From assembly GCA_001643675.2 (NCBI GenBank), contig LSRY02000009.1, positions 124,001 to 188,000 on the forward strand: DNA of 64,000 nucleotides, in the 5' to 3' direction. The position numbers and the translations under genes were made by a program. Positions 50,916 to 63,799 of the stretch are shown piece after piece; position 1 is the stretch's first letter; each line of letters begins with the position of its first letter. The notes under the pieces are model-generated. The model did no database searches, was not told where the DNA came from, and saw nothing but the letters and a program-made list of their open reading frames with translations. The stretch comes from Monocercomonoides exilis PA203 (Eukaryota > Protista > Preaxostyla).

Positions 50916-53900
50916 TCACTTTTTCGTCTTGTGACTTATGCTCGTTGAAGATGGGCGACTGTCCCTTGTTTGCCTGCCCTTCTCCTCTGACTCTTCTGAC
51001 TCTTCTGACTCTTCGCAACACATTGCATCTGTCATCGTCATCACCATCGCCTCAGCTGGAAACTTTCCAAAAAATGTTCGTTTCAGCTCCATCAGTGTGG
51101 GTCGCCCCTCAGCCTTTGCGGAAAGACAGCTCTGCATCACCCCAAACAGATCTGATTCCTCTGCCAGCTCCAGCTTCGGCCTCTCCCCATTCACAATCTT
51201 CTCCCCTGCAATCACTGCCTCATACTCTCCAAACGGAACATGAAGCGTCAGACACTCCCACAGCATCATCCCAATCGAGAATGCCACTGACTCCTTTGTC
51301 GCTCCCATCTTCTTGTTCATCTGCAGCTCTGGCGCCTTCCATCTCAAACACTCCTTTCTGAGTCCTTCATCATCCTCAAAGGCTGATGATGGAGGTGGTG
51401 AGTCTGTGAATCTCTCGCTCATCAACGAAATGTTGGACGAAGAAGAAACAATACTCAATGAAGAGATGGATGATGAATCTGAGTCATCATCAGAAGAGAA
51501 GTCTGAGTGCGTCACGATGCAGATCACCATGTGCTCTGAGAACAGCACAATGTGAGGACTCAAATTTGGCAAAGAAGGAAGAGGCATTTCATGTTCTTCA
51601 AATGAGTGCAGTGCTCCATTCACCACCCAGAACAAGACCTGTGCTGCTGTCATCTCCCTCTCTTGCAAACTCCCAATCGCCATCTCTTTTTTTTCATTTC
51701 TCCCATGAAGAAGCATGAACAGTGAATCCCTCAGATCCACAATCAATTTCTCATGAGGCGATGAACAGGCCATTGCATCCACCAGATTTGACATCGATGA
51801 AGTGGTTGGACACAAATCCTCCCCTCGAACAAATGTTGAATCTGAATCAGTTGAACAAGTGGTTGAAGTGGATGAGATGGATGGAGATGGAGTTCTCTTT
51901 CTTGTCTCTTCTTCCTCAACATTTTCCAGCGCCCAATCAGGAATCTTTTCTGAATCTTTCCCAAGGATGTATTCAGTCGATCCACTCTCACTCAGCAAAT
52001 ACTCTTCAGACTCCGAATGCACCATCTCCTTTCCATTTATTCTTTTCTTTATCCTCTCTTCGTTTTTCTTCTCTGCCTCCCTCTCTGCCCTCCTCCACTG
52101 CTCCTCCGGCGACATCTCCATCGTCACCATCTCAAACGCCTTCGGATCCTTCTTCACTGTGTCTTCAACAATCACTTCTAATTCTTCAGTTCGTCTCTTT
52201 TGTTTTCTCCATCGTATTGTAACAAGAATGGATATAATCAGAACAATTAAAAACTAAACAACAAGCACAATCACAATCAACAACCAATAAAATTTCCCTT
52301 CTTTCCCTCCTTCAGCAAGTCTTCCTTCCCCATCTGTTTTTGGCTCTGTTTTGTTCTTCAGAATCTGCGGAGAAGTTGAAGCCAATTGCTTCCCAAACAG
52401 AATTATCACAGAAACCTCTGTTTCATCTCCTATCTTTGAAATATTTTCTGATGGAATGCTTCCAATCACTTCATTTTCTGATATGAAATCATCTTCTTCA
52501 AACTGATATGTCTCAACCAACTCCACATCCCCTGTTTTTAATATTAATCTGAATGACAAGTCGCATGGCACAAAAAGAGATCCCTTGAATTTGATAAAAA
52601 TGTTGCTTCCATTTTCATTCACAGAAACATCTTCTAGTTTTGGAACGAAGAATGACGACGATCTTTCTGCAGCTATCCCTCCAAGTGTGCATCCATCATT
52701 CAAAATCCAAAGAGAAGAATTGGGCATCAGTCCATCTCCTCCCTTCAAGCTCGAAACGGTCAATGAAGCTGAATCTGAACAAATGATGTTCCGACGAAAA
52801 GAGGGATATTTTTCAATGAATGGATTGTTGTTTGCCAGCATTCCCATCTCAATTGAAGCTTTTCCTCCTTTGACTGATATTCCTCCTTTCGATGAATTTT
52901 GAATCATAATCTCTTTTGTGCGAAGATTGGAGTTTTCTATGTGGATCAGCGACCCATTCCATTGACAGATATCTGTTATTGTGTTCATATTCCCAGTTTC
53001 ACTTTCTTTCACAAGCATTCCAATAAATCGACAAGAATCCATCGAAACATCTTTCGTATCATGCACCTCAACAACACTTCCTTTGTCAGACAGAGAATTG
53101 CAATTCGTGCAAGAACAGTTTGAAAACTCCAAATGAGCAGAGGTTGATGAAGCTGAAAGAACAGAAGCTCCTTCTGGGTTCCTTGAACAGTTGTTGAATG
53201 AGGAGATTTTAACAGAAAATGTTCCTGAAGCAGATCCTTGAATCGCAATGATGCAACCTTCAGACAGATTCACTCCATCTGCATCAATTCCATTTAACAC
53301 AACTTCTTTGCATTGTCCAATCTCAAACACATTTGAAATTGCTTCAACTTTTTCCAGTCTCACATTCATCAATGAAATCTTATCCCCATTAAACAGAAAC
53401 AATGATTTCTTGAATGAAAGGAGTGACACTGAGCAATTGTCAATATGAAGAATTCCATTTTCGATGCTCAGCAATGTTGAGTTTAGAATAGCAGCTTCAA
53501 TGTTTTCTGAGTGGCCAATCGAAGAAAAATCAACAAATGAAAGAGATAATTGGCCATTTGTTTCATGAATAAAAGAACTGTCTGAATACAAAAATGACTG
53601 GCCAAAGTTGAAATTCAATCTCTCAATCCGAACATTCTCTGAGGTTGCAATGAGATTTCCCTCGTTTGTTATTGCTGAGTTCAGATACACCAAAGCAGTT
53701 GAAGGAGATTGCAGCGAACGGATGATCACATCATGAGCTTCGCATTCCCCAACAATAATTGTTTGCCCCAAGATCAACAGCTGAGAGTACAAAGATGGAA
53801 TAATGTGCTGAACTCCCACATTCAATGACTCACAAGGCATGTTGAACTCCCCACATTGCTTGATATCTTTGTGATTTTCAGAAACTGAAGACACAAATAT

Positions 53901-56900
53901 CGTCTCGCTCAGATATTTCACCACTCTCAGAAGAAGATCTTCTTCTCTTTCAAAAGAATCTGTTGTGCATCCCCACATTGCCAATTCCTTCACAAATGGC
54001 AATCTGAAGTCCAACAGGAATTGTTCATCAACTATTTGATTTTCGATTGAGTGGCATCGAACATACACATCTCTCCCTCTCAGCGCAGAATTATCTCTAA
54101 ATGTGATATTTGACAGCACAAAATTCAGAGGCTGCTCAGTTGCCGAGGTGCATTCCAGAAACAGCCACCCACCTCTTCCTGTGGTTGAGCAGAAGCACTC
54201 AGAAATCGTGCAAAACGAGCAATCAAAGCTTCCTCCCTCATTCAACATACAAAACATCCCTCCTCCCTTTTTGCATTTCAACCCTCCACACTTCTTCATC
54301 GTTGTGTTTCGTATCACCATTTTCAATGGTTCATCATTCATATTCTGAATGATGGGAATATCATTGGTTGTGTTCTGGGTGACTTCTTCGAACACACTCC
54401 ACTCGATAACAACATTTTGTTCAGCTTCATTATTTTCTCTGTTTTCTCTCCCTGAACTCTTTGATATGCTCAATCCACTTGCTCCATCCAGCTCAACATT
54501 CTTCATTGTCAAGTTCTTAACGTTCAATGCAGTTGTTGACTGCACAGAAATAACATCCTTTGAAAAACAAAGTGATTGCAATGTTACAAATTCCAATTGA
54601 ACTGTGCCTCCATCTGTTTTGATCAGTCCATAATTCATAATCTCTTCCACATTGTTTTCTTCATTTTTTGAGAATGAGCAGTCTTTCACAGTCAACAATC
54701 CCTCGCTTGAGCCAACATGCATCAAATAATTGACTCCACCTGTGAATGAAGATGGAATCACAAAGCGAATCAGTTCGAAATTGGATATTCCAGAAATCTT
54801 CACTGCTGCTCCTTCTGCTCCTTCAAGTGATGAGAGACAATCCAAAGAACACGTGTCTGCATTGTTTGAGCATATTGAAATTCCACCGAGATCAACACTT
54901 TTTTGGAGAACTCCTTTTTCAATGATGTTAATATTCTTTTCATTTCCCTCAGGCAATCGATCCAATGAATACTCGATTGACAGACAAGGATAATCTGAGA
55001 ATCCACACGCACCCATGTCCCTTCCATCGCCTCCAACAAATATCTCTGATCCAAGTGCGAACCAGAAATACACCAATGGAATGGCATTCGTTGAATCATT
55101 TCCATCAAACCCTCTCATCGAATCCAAGGAAATATCATTCAGATTCTCAGATACAAACGGAAGCGATGCATTTGTGATGCTCTTTGTCAAGTTCAATGAT
55201 TCAACAAAAAGATCATTTCCATATTTTGCAACATTTGGCTTGTCTGCCTCAAAAACAGGGGATGAGATCACAAAAGAAGAATACTCATTAATCAACTTCA
55301 GTGCCATCCCTCCTCCAAATCCAGTTTTTTCATCTTCTGCTGGTGCTGTGCATCCTGCGAATGTGCATGAAATAATATCCAAATACGTATTCCCTTTCAA
55401 CTGGGCATTGATTGCCCCTCCTCTGCTTTCATCAGTCTGCACAGAACATCCATCAAAAACACATTTTTCAATATTTATTTCGCCATTTGAATTTTCATCA
55501 TTGCTGTTGTCAATGCTCACACAGCTTCCACTTCCAGCTGCTCTTTCGATTTCTGTGAAATTGCTGTTCGTCATGTTCAACCATTTGGTGTTCATCAACT
55601 CACTATTTATTTCACTTCCAGACAAAGAGATCAGCGGATAATCGCTCAATGTGATTGATGAAGCTGAAAACGAATCAATAGCAAAGGATCCAGACTCAAA
55701 AGATAAGAATAGCAAAGACAATTCTGATGATGGATTTTGAAGAGAAACAGAACAGTGAGATAAAGTTATTGTTGACAAAGAAGACGAAATGAAAGTTGAA
55801 TGAAGAGAAAGGGAAGATGGAAGGGAAAAGATGAGTTTTGATAATTCTGTTTCAACACTTGCTGTTATCATCGCTGAGTTTAATGATGAAGTTGAATCGG
55901 AGACTGTCCAGCCGCTTTGATCATCATTTCCTTTGATTTCGTGTTTCTGTTCACCAAAGGTCAATTCATCACTCATCGCAATCATTCCACTCACAATAAC
56001 TTTCTTTTCACCTGTAATACGTGTGAGGGAGTGCTTCATTGTCAAACAAGGGAATTGGATTATTCCACAATGTGAGTGATCGGATGCCTCAGTGTTACTC
56101 ACATGTATTTCTTCTGGGGTGGGAATGAGATAGATGCACAGAGGAATGGTCACACTAGCGTTTCCATTGTCGTATCCTCTCACCTTCTCAAGAGAATCCA
56201 ATGAATCTGTCACACATGTGATGTTTTCTGATTTTGCTGTTTCTTCCAGATCTGGGGAAATAACAAAGATGTCTCTTCCCCACTTGGCTGTGTTTGTTTC
56301 GAATGAAGAGGATATCAGGAAATTTGGATTTTCATTCAATAATTGAAGAAGGATTCCTCCTCCAAGACCATTTGTTTCTGAACAAAAGCATCCATCAAAA
56401 GTTCCACCATTCACTTTCACTTCATTTTCACTCCCAACACACAACATCATTGAGCCTCCATCAGCCGATGTTCTGCTTCCACATCCTGAAAATGAACAAG
56501 AATCCAGATCGATATTTGCCTTGTCATTGGAAAGCGACATCACAGCAGCTCCGCTCGTTGTTCTTTCAATCCCATCAAAGGCACACTCTGAAAGTGTCAA
56601 TGCAATTTCATTTGTCGAAGAAAGTGAAAATAACGAAGTTGTGGAGATAGTCTTTGCCCAATTCACATGTTCCATTTGCAATACCCCATTCTGAACATTT
56701 ATCAGTTCTATCGAAAATGCTGTTTCTGTTGAGTGTCCGCTTCCAGCAGACATGTTCAGCCCACTTGCATGTATCTCTCCTGTTCCAGTGATCTCAAATA
56801 GCCTTGACCCACGGTTATTCGGATGAGCCGAGTCATGCACAAGAACAAAGTCTCTGGTAGTCAATGTGCCTGTCGAGACTGAAAATAGAGACAACCCAGA

Positions 56901-58727
56901 TGCTTCAAATTCTGTGTGGATTTCTGTGCTCATATTGCTTTGTCCATAAACAGAAAAACTGTCTGTTCCACAATTAAAACTATTTGTTTCGATTATTGTT
57001 CCTGTGAGTATTTCGATATCAGTCACATATTCAGGAATAAGTTGGGTCAAACAATGGCTGATGGTGCTGCATGGATGAGACTCATTTATTCCGCACGAAT
57101 ATGTATCAATGGCATTCGGCTGCGTTTGAACTGAAGAGACAAACCTAATTCTTCCAAAATCGTTTCGAAGCCATTCGCTTTTATCTATAATTTTATCATT
57201 TTTAGCGCTTACTCTGTTCCCTGTTTGCCTTGTTGAGAAGCAGCTGGAATCAATGTTTTTTGATGTAGAGTTGTGAAGAGCAATATCATGGCCACCTCGC
57301 ACTCATGTGTTATTGTGAAAAAAGCAGTAATAAAACAATATTCCACTATTATTTGCATTTATTAACTGTGAAGCAGCGCCTCCTCCATGCATTGAATAAC
57401 AATTGCAGAACAAACAATTTGAAATAACAACTTGATCATAGCAACTCCAATGTTCAATTGCTCCTCCAGCACCACCAGGCGAACCATTGCATCTGCAGTT
57501 ATCGAAAAAGGAATCAATAACGCAGAACTTTTGTCTTTGAGTATTTGTTTGACGGAGATCAACAGCCCCTCCGTCGTTTCCTGATGAGCAGTTTTGAAAT
57601 GAGCAATCATCAACAATTGGTTGGATATTTCCATCTTCGATCATTATTCCTCCTCCGCCACAGCTCGAAGGCTCCTGTGCTGTGCATTCAGTAAATGTTG
57701 CGTGTCTCACAATGCATTCGGCGATTTTCAAAGCATATATTCCTCCACCTCTTGTTGAAGAAGCATTGCATCTTTCAAAAGAACAATTTTCAACAGTGAG
57801 AACAGCATTTGCATTGTCATGAACATAAAGAGCACCTCCTTGTGGTGCTGTGCAATCAACCCATTCACACAACGAAAAGGATTGGCTTTCCGTTGAATTA
57901 ATTTGTCCCTTTTTCTGAAGAGCATTCATTTCTCTTTTTCCATTGCTAATTGTTGTGTTTTTGCAGACAAATTCCTGAGAAGAAAAAGATCCACTCGAAA
58001 TTCCTCCTTCAAAAGCATTCACACATGAACAAATGAGGCAATTCTCCATATAACTTCGAAAACATGAGTGTTCCATTTGACAATCAATGTCCTCACAGTA
58101 TTTCACAGACATGTTCCTAAAGGCACAATTAGTGATCTGTTCGCTGTGGCTCTTTCCTGAAACAAGAAAATTGTCTGATGAAGAAACAGCCAGATCTGAA
58201 ATGATGGAATTTCTCATCATGGCTGAATTTGAATCACCAGATGATAATACGAGCCCGGATGAATAAGCATTCTTTTTTGGCATTGCACTCATGTTTGTGA
58301 AATAGATTGACCCACTTTGCAAATGAAAAGGAGATGATGATTTTTGGTGGGAAATGCAGGAATCCAGCACGACACTCGACTTTTCTGCTATGAGCATCAA
58401 AGGTGAAGAAGAATGTTCAATTGCCACATTTTTCAGTCCAGCCGAAGTGTTGAATAATCTCAAAAATGTATTAATTGTTGTTGACGTAACTTGCTGCAAT
58501 CCTTTGGAATTACAAAATATGTTTCCCCTTTCTTCATTTTTTAATTCTCTATTTGCCTGAAAATGTGCATCGTTTGAATTGCCTCCATTCGAATAAACAG
58601 GGTCATTATGCAATTGAGAAATAAAGCGAGTATGTTGGCTTTCGAAAAAATATTCTTGTGTGGAATCATGCAACATTAATTTCTCAGCAAGGAGCAAACA
58701 TGCGAAAAGAAATAGATGCACGCTCAT
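50916..58727 (-). pseudogene. Giant (about 2600 aa) receptor-like protein: signal peptide, beta-helix ectodomain, TM and pseudokinase; two in-frame stops
   Basis: ORFs 57303-58727, 52254-57302 and 50916-52175 form one frame broken by TGA 57303-57305 and TAG 52254-52256 (within the TM: LLIVIVLVV*FLIVLIISILVTIRWRK). The C-terminus has a kinase C-lobe, RWKAPE..VAFSIGMMLWECLT.HVPF..GERP. Confidence 0.82.
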
Positions 58728-59325
58728 CGCTGGCTAATCAACTTTTCTGTTTGATAAAATTAAATAATACTTTTGATCGATATAATTCGTTTTTTTGGAA
58801 AAAGTTCATTTGAATAAAACATTGAGATATATTTTGTTATATAAGAAAACGAAATATTTTTTTGTTGAAAGTCCAGTTTGATTGAACACATAAAAAAAGA
58901 ACAATAATTGATAAACATTCATTTTTTTTTAAAAAATAAATGTTTGTAATGTTTGAGGGGATAAAAATGAAAATAAAATATCCTCTCCAAGATTATTCAA
59001 CGCTTTGGTGAGTTAATCTTCTAAATGCAATCAAAAAATATTCTCAATCATGTGAATATTGTAGAAATAATCAAAATAACCTTAAAAGAAAATAATTTTT
59101 ATTGAAATATAAAAGCAGAGAAATATACTCAGATTTCAAAAGGATTATGAATGTGAATCCATATTTCTTATTATAAATGGTTTTAAAAAGATTTATTAGA
59201 CAAAAAATGAAGAGCCAGTCAAAACAGGATTTCATCGCATTCGGTTTTCCACAACTATCTGTGACTAAATCCGATTGCGATTATTCACGAGTGACTTAAC
59301 ACTGTTATAAACTAATATATCAAAA

Positions 59326-59552
59326 CTTTTTTGAAAAGTTCTTTTTGTTAAATTTTCAAAAAAAAAAATTAAAATTTCATATTTCGATCAAATCTCTGTT
59401 CCAACTCAGGAAGCTTCGCTGTCATGAAAACAAAATAGTGACAATGTTGTCATTTCCATTTCAGCGAAGCTTCCTGAGTTGGAACAGAAATTTGATCGAA
59501 ATATGAAATTTTAATTTTTTTGAGAATAAAACAAAAGGAACTTTTCAAAAAA
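59326..59552. repeat. Palindromic hairpin element, copy B (homolog of 23168-23395)
   Basis: ...ATTTCGATCAAATCTCTGTTCCAACTCAGGAAGCTTCGCTG ending at 59421, and its reverse complement from 59462 (one mismatch). Outer TTTTTTGAAAAGTTC / GAACTTTTCAAAAAA. Confidence 0.9.
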
Positions 59553-60539
59553 AAAATTAATCACATTTGATAAACATTTGCGACATAAAAAAAAACCACT
59601 TAACCAACTTCATCAATACCAAACTGAATCTATATGATAATAAATTCAAGAATTCACGAAATTCTATTTAATGATAAAACGCATGTTTTGAGAGAGAAAT
59701 AATTTCAAATTATGAGCTTCGAATTTAAAAAGTTTGAAAGTTCGTTTTTTCACATTTGAATGAAAGTCTTCGAAACATTTAAAATTCAAATCAGAAATAT
59801 TTCTTTATTCGTTTTGAAAATATGGTTTTTTTTTTGATCCTGTTTTGTTTTAATGTAATCCTTCGCACAACAATTATTTATAAATACACTATTCATTTGC
59901 AAACATGTTTGTTTTTGGACATAACTATTAATAATATTTTTTGCAAAAATATGTTTGCATAAGTATTAAACTGTTATTTTTGGTTTATTAAATTTGTTGT
60001 TTGCGATTTGAAATTTGCAAACATTTTGCTAACTGCATTCGGAGATTTTCCAGTTATAAAAGAACAATGTTTTTCAGACATTCCTGTCCAAAAACACAGT
60101 TCCATCAAGCAAACACAAGAAATTCTCATTTTGAATTGGCTGAAGTGATTGTTGGTCTTAATGTTAATTTGTTTGTGTCTTCAAACAAATCTTGTTATGT
60201 TATCTTCAAAAACAAACAATTACATATTTCTTTAACATATCCTGCAATATTTGTCTTCTTCCAGAATCTTATTCTCCAATTGCCAGTTTTCTGTTTCTTT
60301 TTCAGTTGAAAAGATTCAAAAAAAAAACTCTTAAAAAAGATTCTCGACTCTCTTTGATTTTGCATAAGAAAATTAATTGATCAACTTGTAAAATATAAAT
60401 CAAAAGTTACGAAAATCCAGTCAATTCATCTGCAAAAAATATAACAATTTTTGTAAATATCAAATTAAATAATTAAATAACAAATATGAACCATGCAATG
60501 ATTTATTTTTTAATTTATAAACAAAAAACAACAAAATAA

Positions 60540-61204
60540 GGGAAAATACGGACTTTCAAGCTTTTTTTGCACAAGGCATTTAAAAATTGCTTCGCTCATA
60601 TCTTTATTCAACTTTCTCAAATTTCAAAATTAATATGATTTTCACATCCTCAAACAGGTATCATTGAAATCAAAACATTAAGTTTTCCAACATTCTTCGT
60701 ATGTCAAAAAATGAATACATTTTTTGTTGTGTTTTTGATCTCATAAAGTCAATGAAAAGTGCAAATTTTTTCTATGAAAATGCAGAAAGCACTTATTTTG
60801 CACCATGTGAATAAATTCTTCCATCGTTTATTCACAAAAATCTATCGATTGAACTGCACGATTCATTTCCAATATGATAAACATTTTATTGTTTGTTGGC
60901 TATTATTTTGAGTGGAGGTTCAATTATTCATCATTTGTGACAAAATATTTGACTTCAGGCATTTTCATTGAAAAATTATGCATTTTCGATTAACTTTTTT
61001 TTATCAAAAAGCACAATAAAAATGGGTCATTTTCTTGACATTTGTTAAATATTAGAAAACTTCATGTTTTGATTTCAATGATGCCTGTAAACGGGAATGA
61101 AAATCAAATTCATTTTAAAATCTGAGAAAGAAAAAAGAAAGTTGAAAGTGAAACAATTTTTTCATGCTTTGTGCATAAAAAGTTTGAAAGTCCATATTTC
61201 CCCC
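60540..61204. mobile_element. MITE with ~265-bp imperfect arms beginning GGG(GG)AAA(A)TA[CT]GGACTTTC
   Basis: 60540-~60805 aligns to the reverse complement of ~60935-61204 with moderate divergence. A third arm lies at 22833. No clean TSD. Confidence 0.82.
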
Positions 61205-62678
61205 ATTTAAACAAATGGGACAAAATTCTAGCTTTTATGAAAAAAACAACGACCAGTTTAAAACTTTTTCTCCTTTCAAATTACAACAAGTCAAACATTC
61301 TTGTTCAAAAATGTTTAGGAAAAAAAATGTAAAATGCATTCGGAAACTCTGAATGGAACAAAAATCACAAAACAAAAAATATCGTCTTAAATTCTGAATG
61401 AATTTTTTATTTCAATCACTTTTTTGCATTCAGCATGAAACCTATTTATCACAATATATTCACTATGACAAATTTCGAAAAATATAGGGATATGATTTTA
61501 TCTTGTCCTTTTTTCTATATCAAGACCCTTCTCTTTTTCGCCTTGTTAGCAGCTACACACAAGCTTGTTTAAAATTCAAAATTACCAGAACTGTTTGTTA
61601 TATAATCATTTAATTATTCAGAAATATTTTTTGAAAATTTCATGTTTTTCAAAAAGATCGAGGATTATAATAATTTTATGTTTTGATCATTGACTTGCTG
61701 CTATTCCAGCGAATATTTTTTATCGGAAGTTTTCAGCTTTCATATTATAATACATCGTTTATTTTTTTATAAGTTGAACTTGTTTTAAACTTTCTCAACT
61801 TGTTTTTTAAACACTTTTTCTCATTTCACACATTTTTTCAAAAAAACACGATTTTAAGGACAAATATGAATTTTTTACGAAATTTATTGAAACGATAAAT
61901 AAACATAATAAAAATGAAACGATTCTTGTATGTAAAAACGATAATTCATTTGTGAGTGTTTTGTAATTTGAAAAACAGAAAAAACATATTCACAAGCTTT
62001 TCAGTTAAAATTCTTGAAAAGATCCTTTTCATTTCAATGCTTGACACAAATAAACGATAAATAAGATTTTGAATATTTTTTTCATTAAAATAAAATTTGA
62101 CACTAACACTTGTTTATTAAATAAATCGTGTTTTAAGCAAAAACAGTGAGATGAGAAAAAAAGGTCAAAAATTAAATTGAAAATGTTTAAAACAAGATAA
62201 AATTATAATATAGGAATGTGAAATGCTGATGCTGTGGCTTTAAAACGTTCGGTACGAAATATTCGCTTCACATTCAGCAAATCTTTGATCTGGGTCCTAG
62301 AATAATAAATATTTAAAAAAAATTTTTTGAACATAAAAATTTCAAAATTTTTTTTAACAGAATTCTGAAAAACAAAAATATCAAGAAGTCTATTTATTTT
62401 GTTTTTGTTTTTAGCCTTTTCACAAATCAAAAACGCAAAAATAAGTTTCAAAAAAAAGGTTAAGATAAAATTTTGAGGTCAATATAAAATAGGGTCAACT
62501 TTTTGATGGGACTTTTTCCTTTATTGGCACTTTTTTTATTTTCGATCACAAAAAGCTGAGAAGTGTGAAATGGCTTTCAGCATTTGGATAACCGATTTTA
62601 ACAAAGTTGATTCAATTTCTTACCGGTTTGTTTTTTAATTTTTGTTTATTATTTAACGAGATATTACGTTTTTTTGAT

Positions 62679-63312
62679 AAATTTGAATTGGCTTTTCCCA
62701 CCCAACCAAGCATTTCCAGAAAATGAAAAATACTGTTTTCAAAAGCACTAACTTTTATCTATCTGTTTTTAAATTCCTTTTTTTTGACAAACATTTTTTT
62801 CGTGTTATTCTTGCATTTCATTTTTTAAACAACATGCTAACATAAAACTGATTGTTTCTTTGTAAATAAAATGAAATGATATAAATAAAAATATGATATG
62901 AAAATCATATACCCTAATAATGAACAGTTGAAAACAAAAACATTGTTTTTTTCTGTCTGTCGTTAACGGATAAATGGGACTAACAAAAAATGATCAATGA
63001 TCAAGTTTTTGAAACAAAGGAAAGTTCTTGATAAATAGAAAAAAACAATGTTTTTGTTTTCAACTGTTCATTATTAGGGTATATGATTTTCATATCATAT
63101 TTTTATTTATATCATTTCATTTTATTTACAAAGAAACAATCAGTTTTATGTTAGCATGTTGTTTAAAAAATGAAATGCAAGAATAACACGAAAAAAATGT
63201 TTGTCAAAAAAAAGGAATTTAAAAACAGATAGATAAAAGTTAGTGCTTTTGAAAACAGTATTTTTCATTTTCTGGAAATGCTTGGTTGGGTGGGAAAAGC
63301 CAATTCAAATTT
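62679..63312. repeat. Perfect 276-bp inverted duplication with an 82-bp spacer
   Basis: 62679-62954 is the reverse complement of 63037-63312. No TSD or recognisable TIR motif. Confidence 0.9.
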
Positions 63313-63799
63313 TAGACCTATGCGACACGACTTGCCATTTTTTGTTGCTGTCGGTCACTTCAAAAAAAAAAAAAATTAGAAAAAAAAAATTAAAATTAAA
63401 ATAAAAAATTAATAACCATTTCATTTTGATTTTGCAATAAAAATTATATATTAAAATTTGTTTTCAAATGAAAATAAAATAATTGATCAAACAAACCATT
63501 CCATTATTTTCGGACAAATAAAATAAATATTACTTTCGTTTATTTTGTAAATAATGCAAATTCACAAAACAATAGAAAGAACTTACATATTATCATGCTT
63601 GTTATGAGTTTTTATTAGTTCCAATTTCTACTTATCGATGTGAGAGCGTTCAAAAAGATTGTTTTTACGGAATTTTTTTCTGGATGCAAAAGTTTTTGAA
63701 AATACGTCAGACGGGAAGCACTTATAAGTTCAATTCAATAATGTAATTATTGCATTCCAATTCAAGATGTTTGATTCTCTTTCTTTCTTTCTTTTTTGA

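Noticed and set aside
533-58727. Alternative genetic code (TAA/TAG = Gln)
   Set aside because: MSH6 and the kinesin end at TAA and the 2907-aa ORF ends at TAG, with no internal TAR in thousands of codons. The four internal stops involve all three codons and different expected residues.
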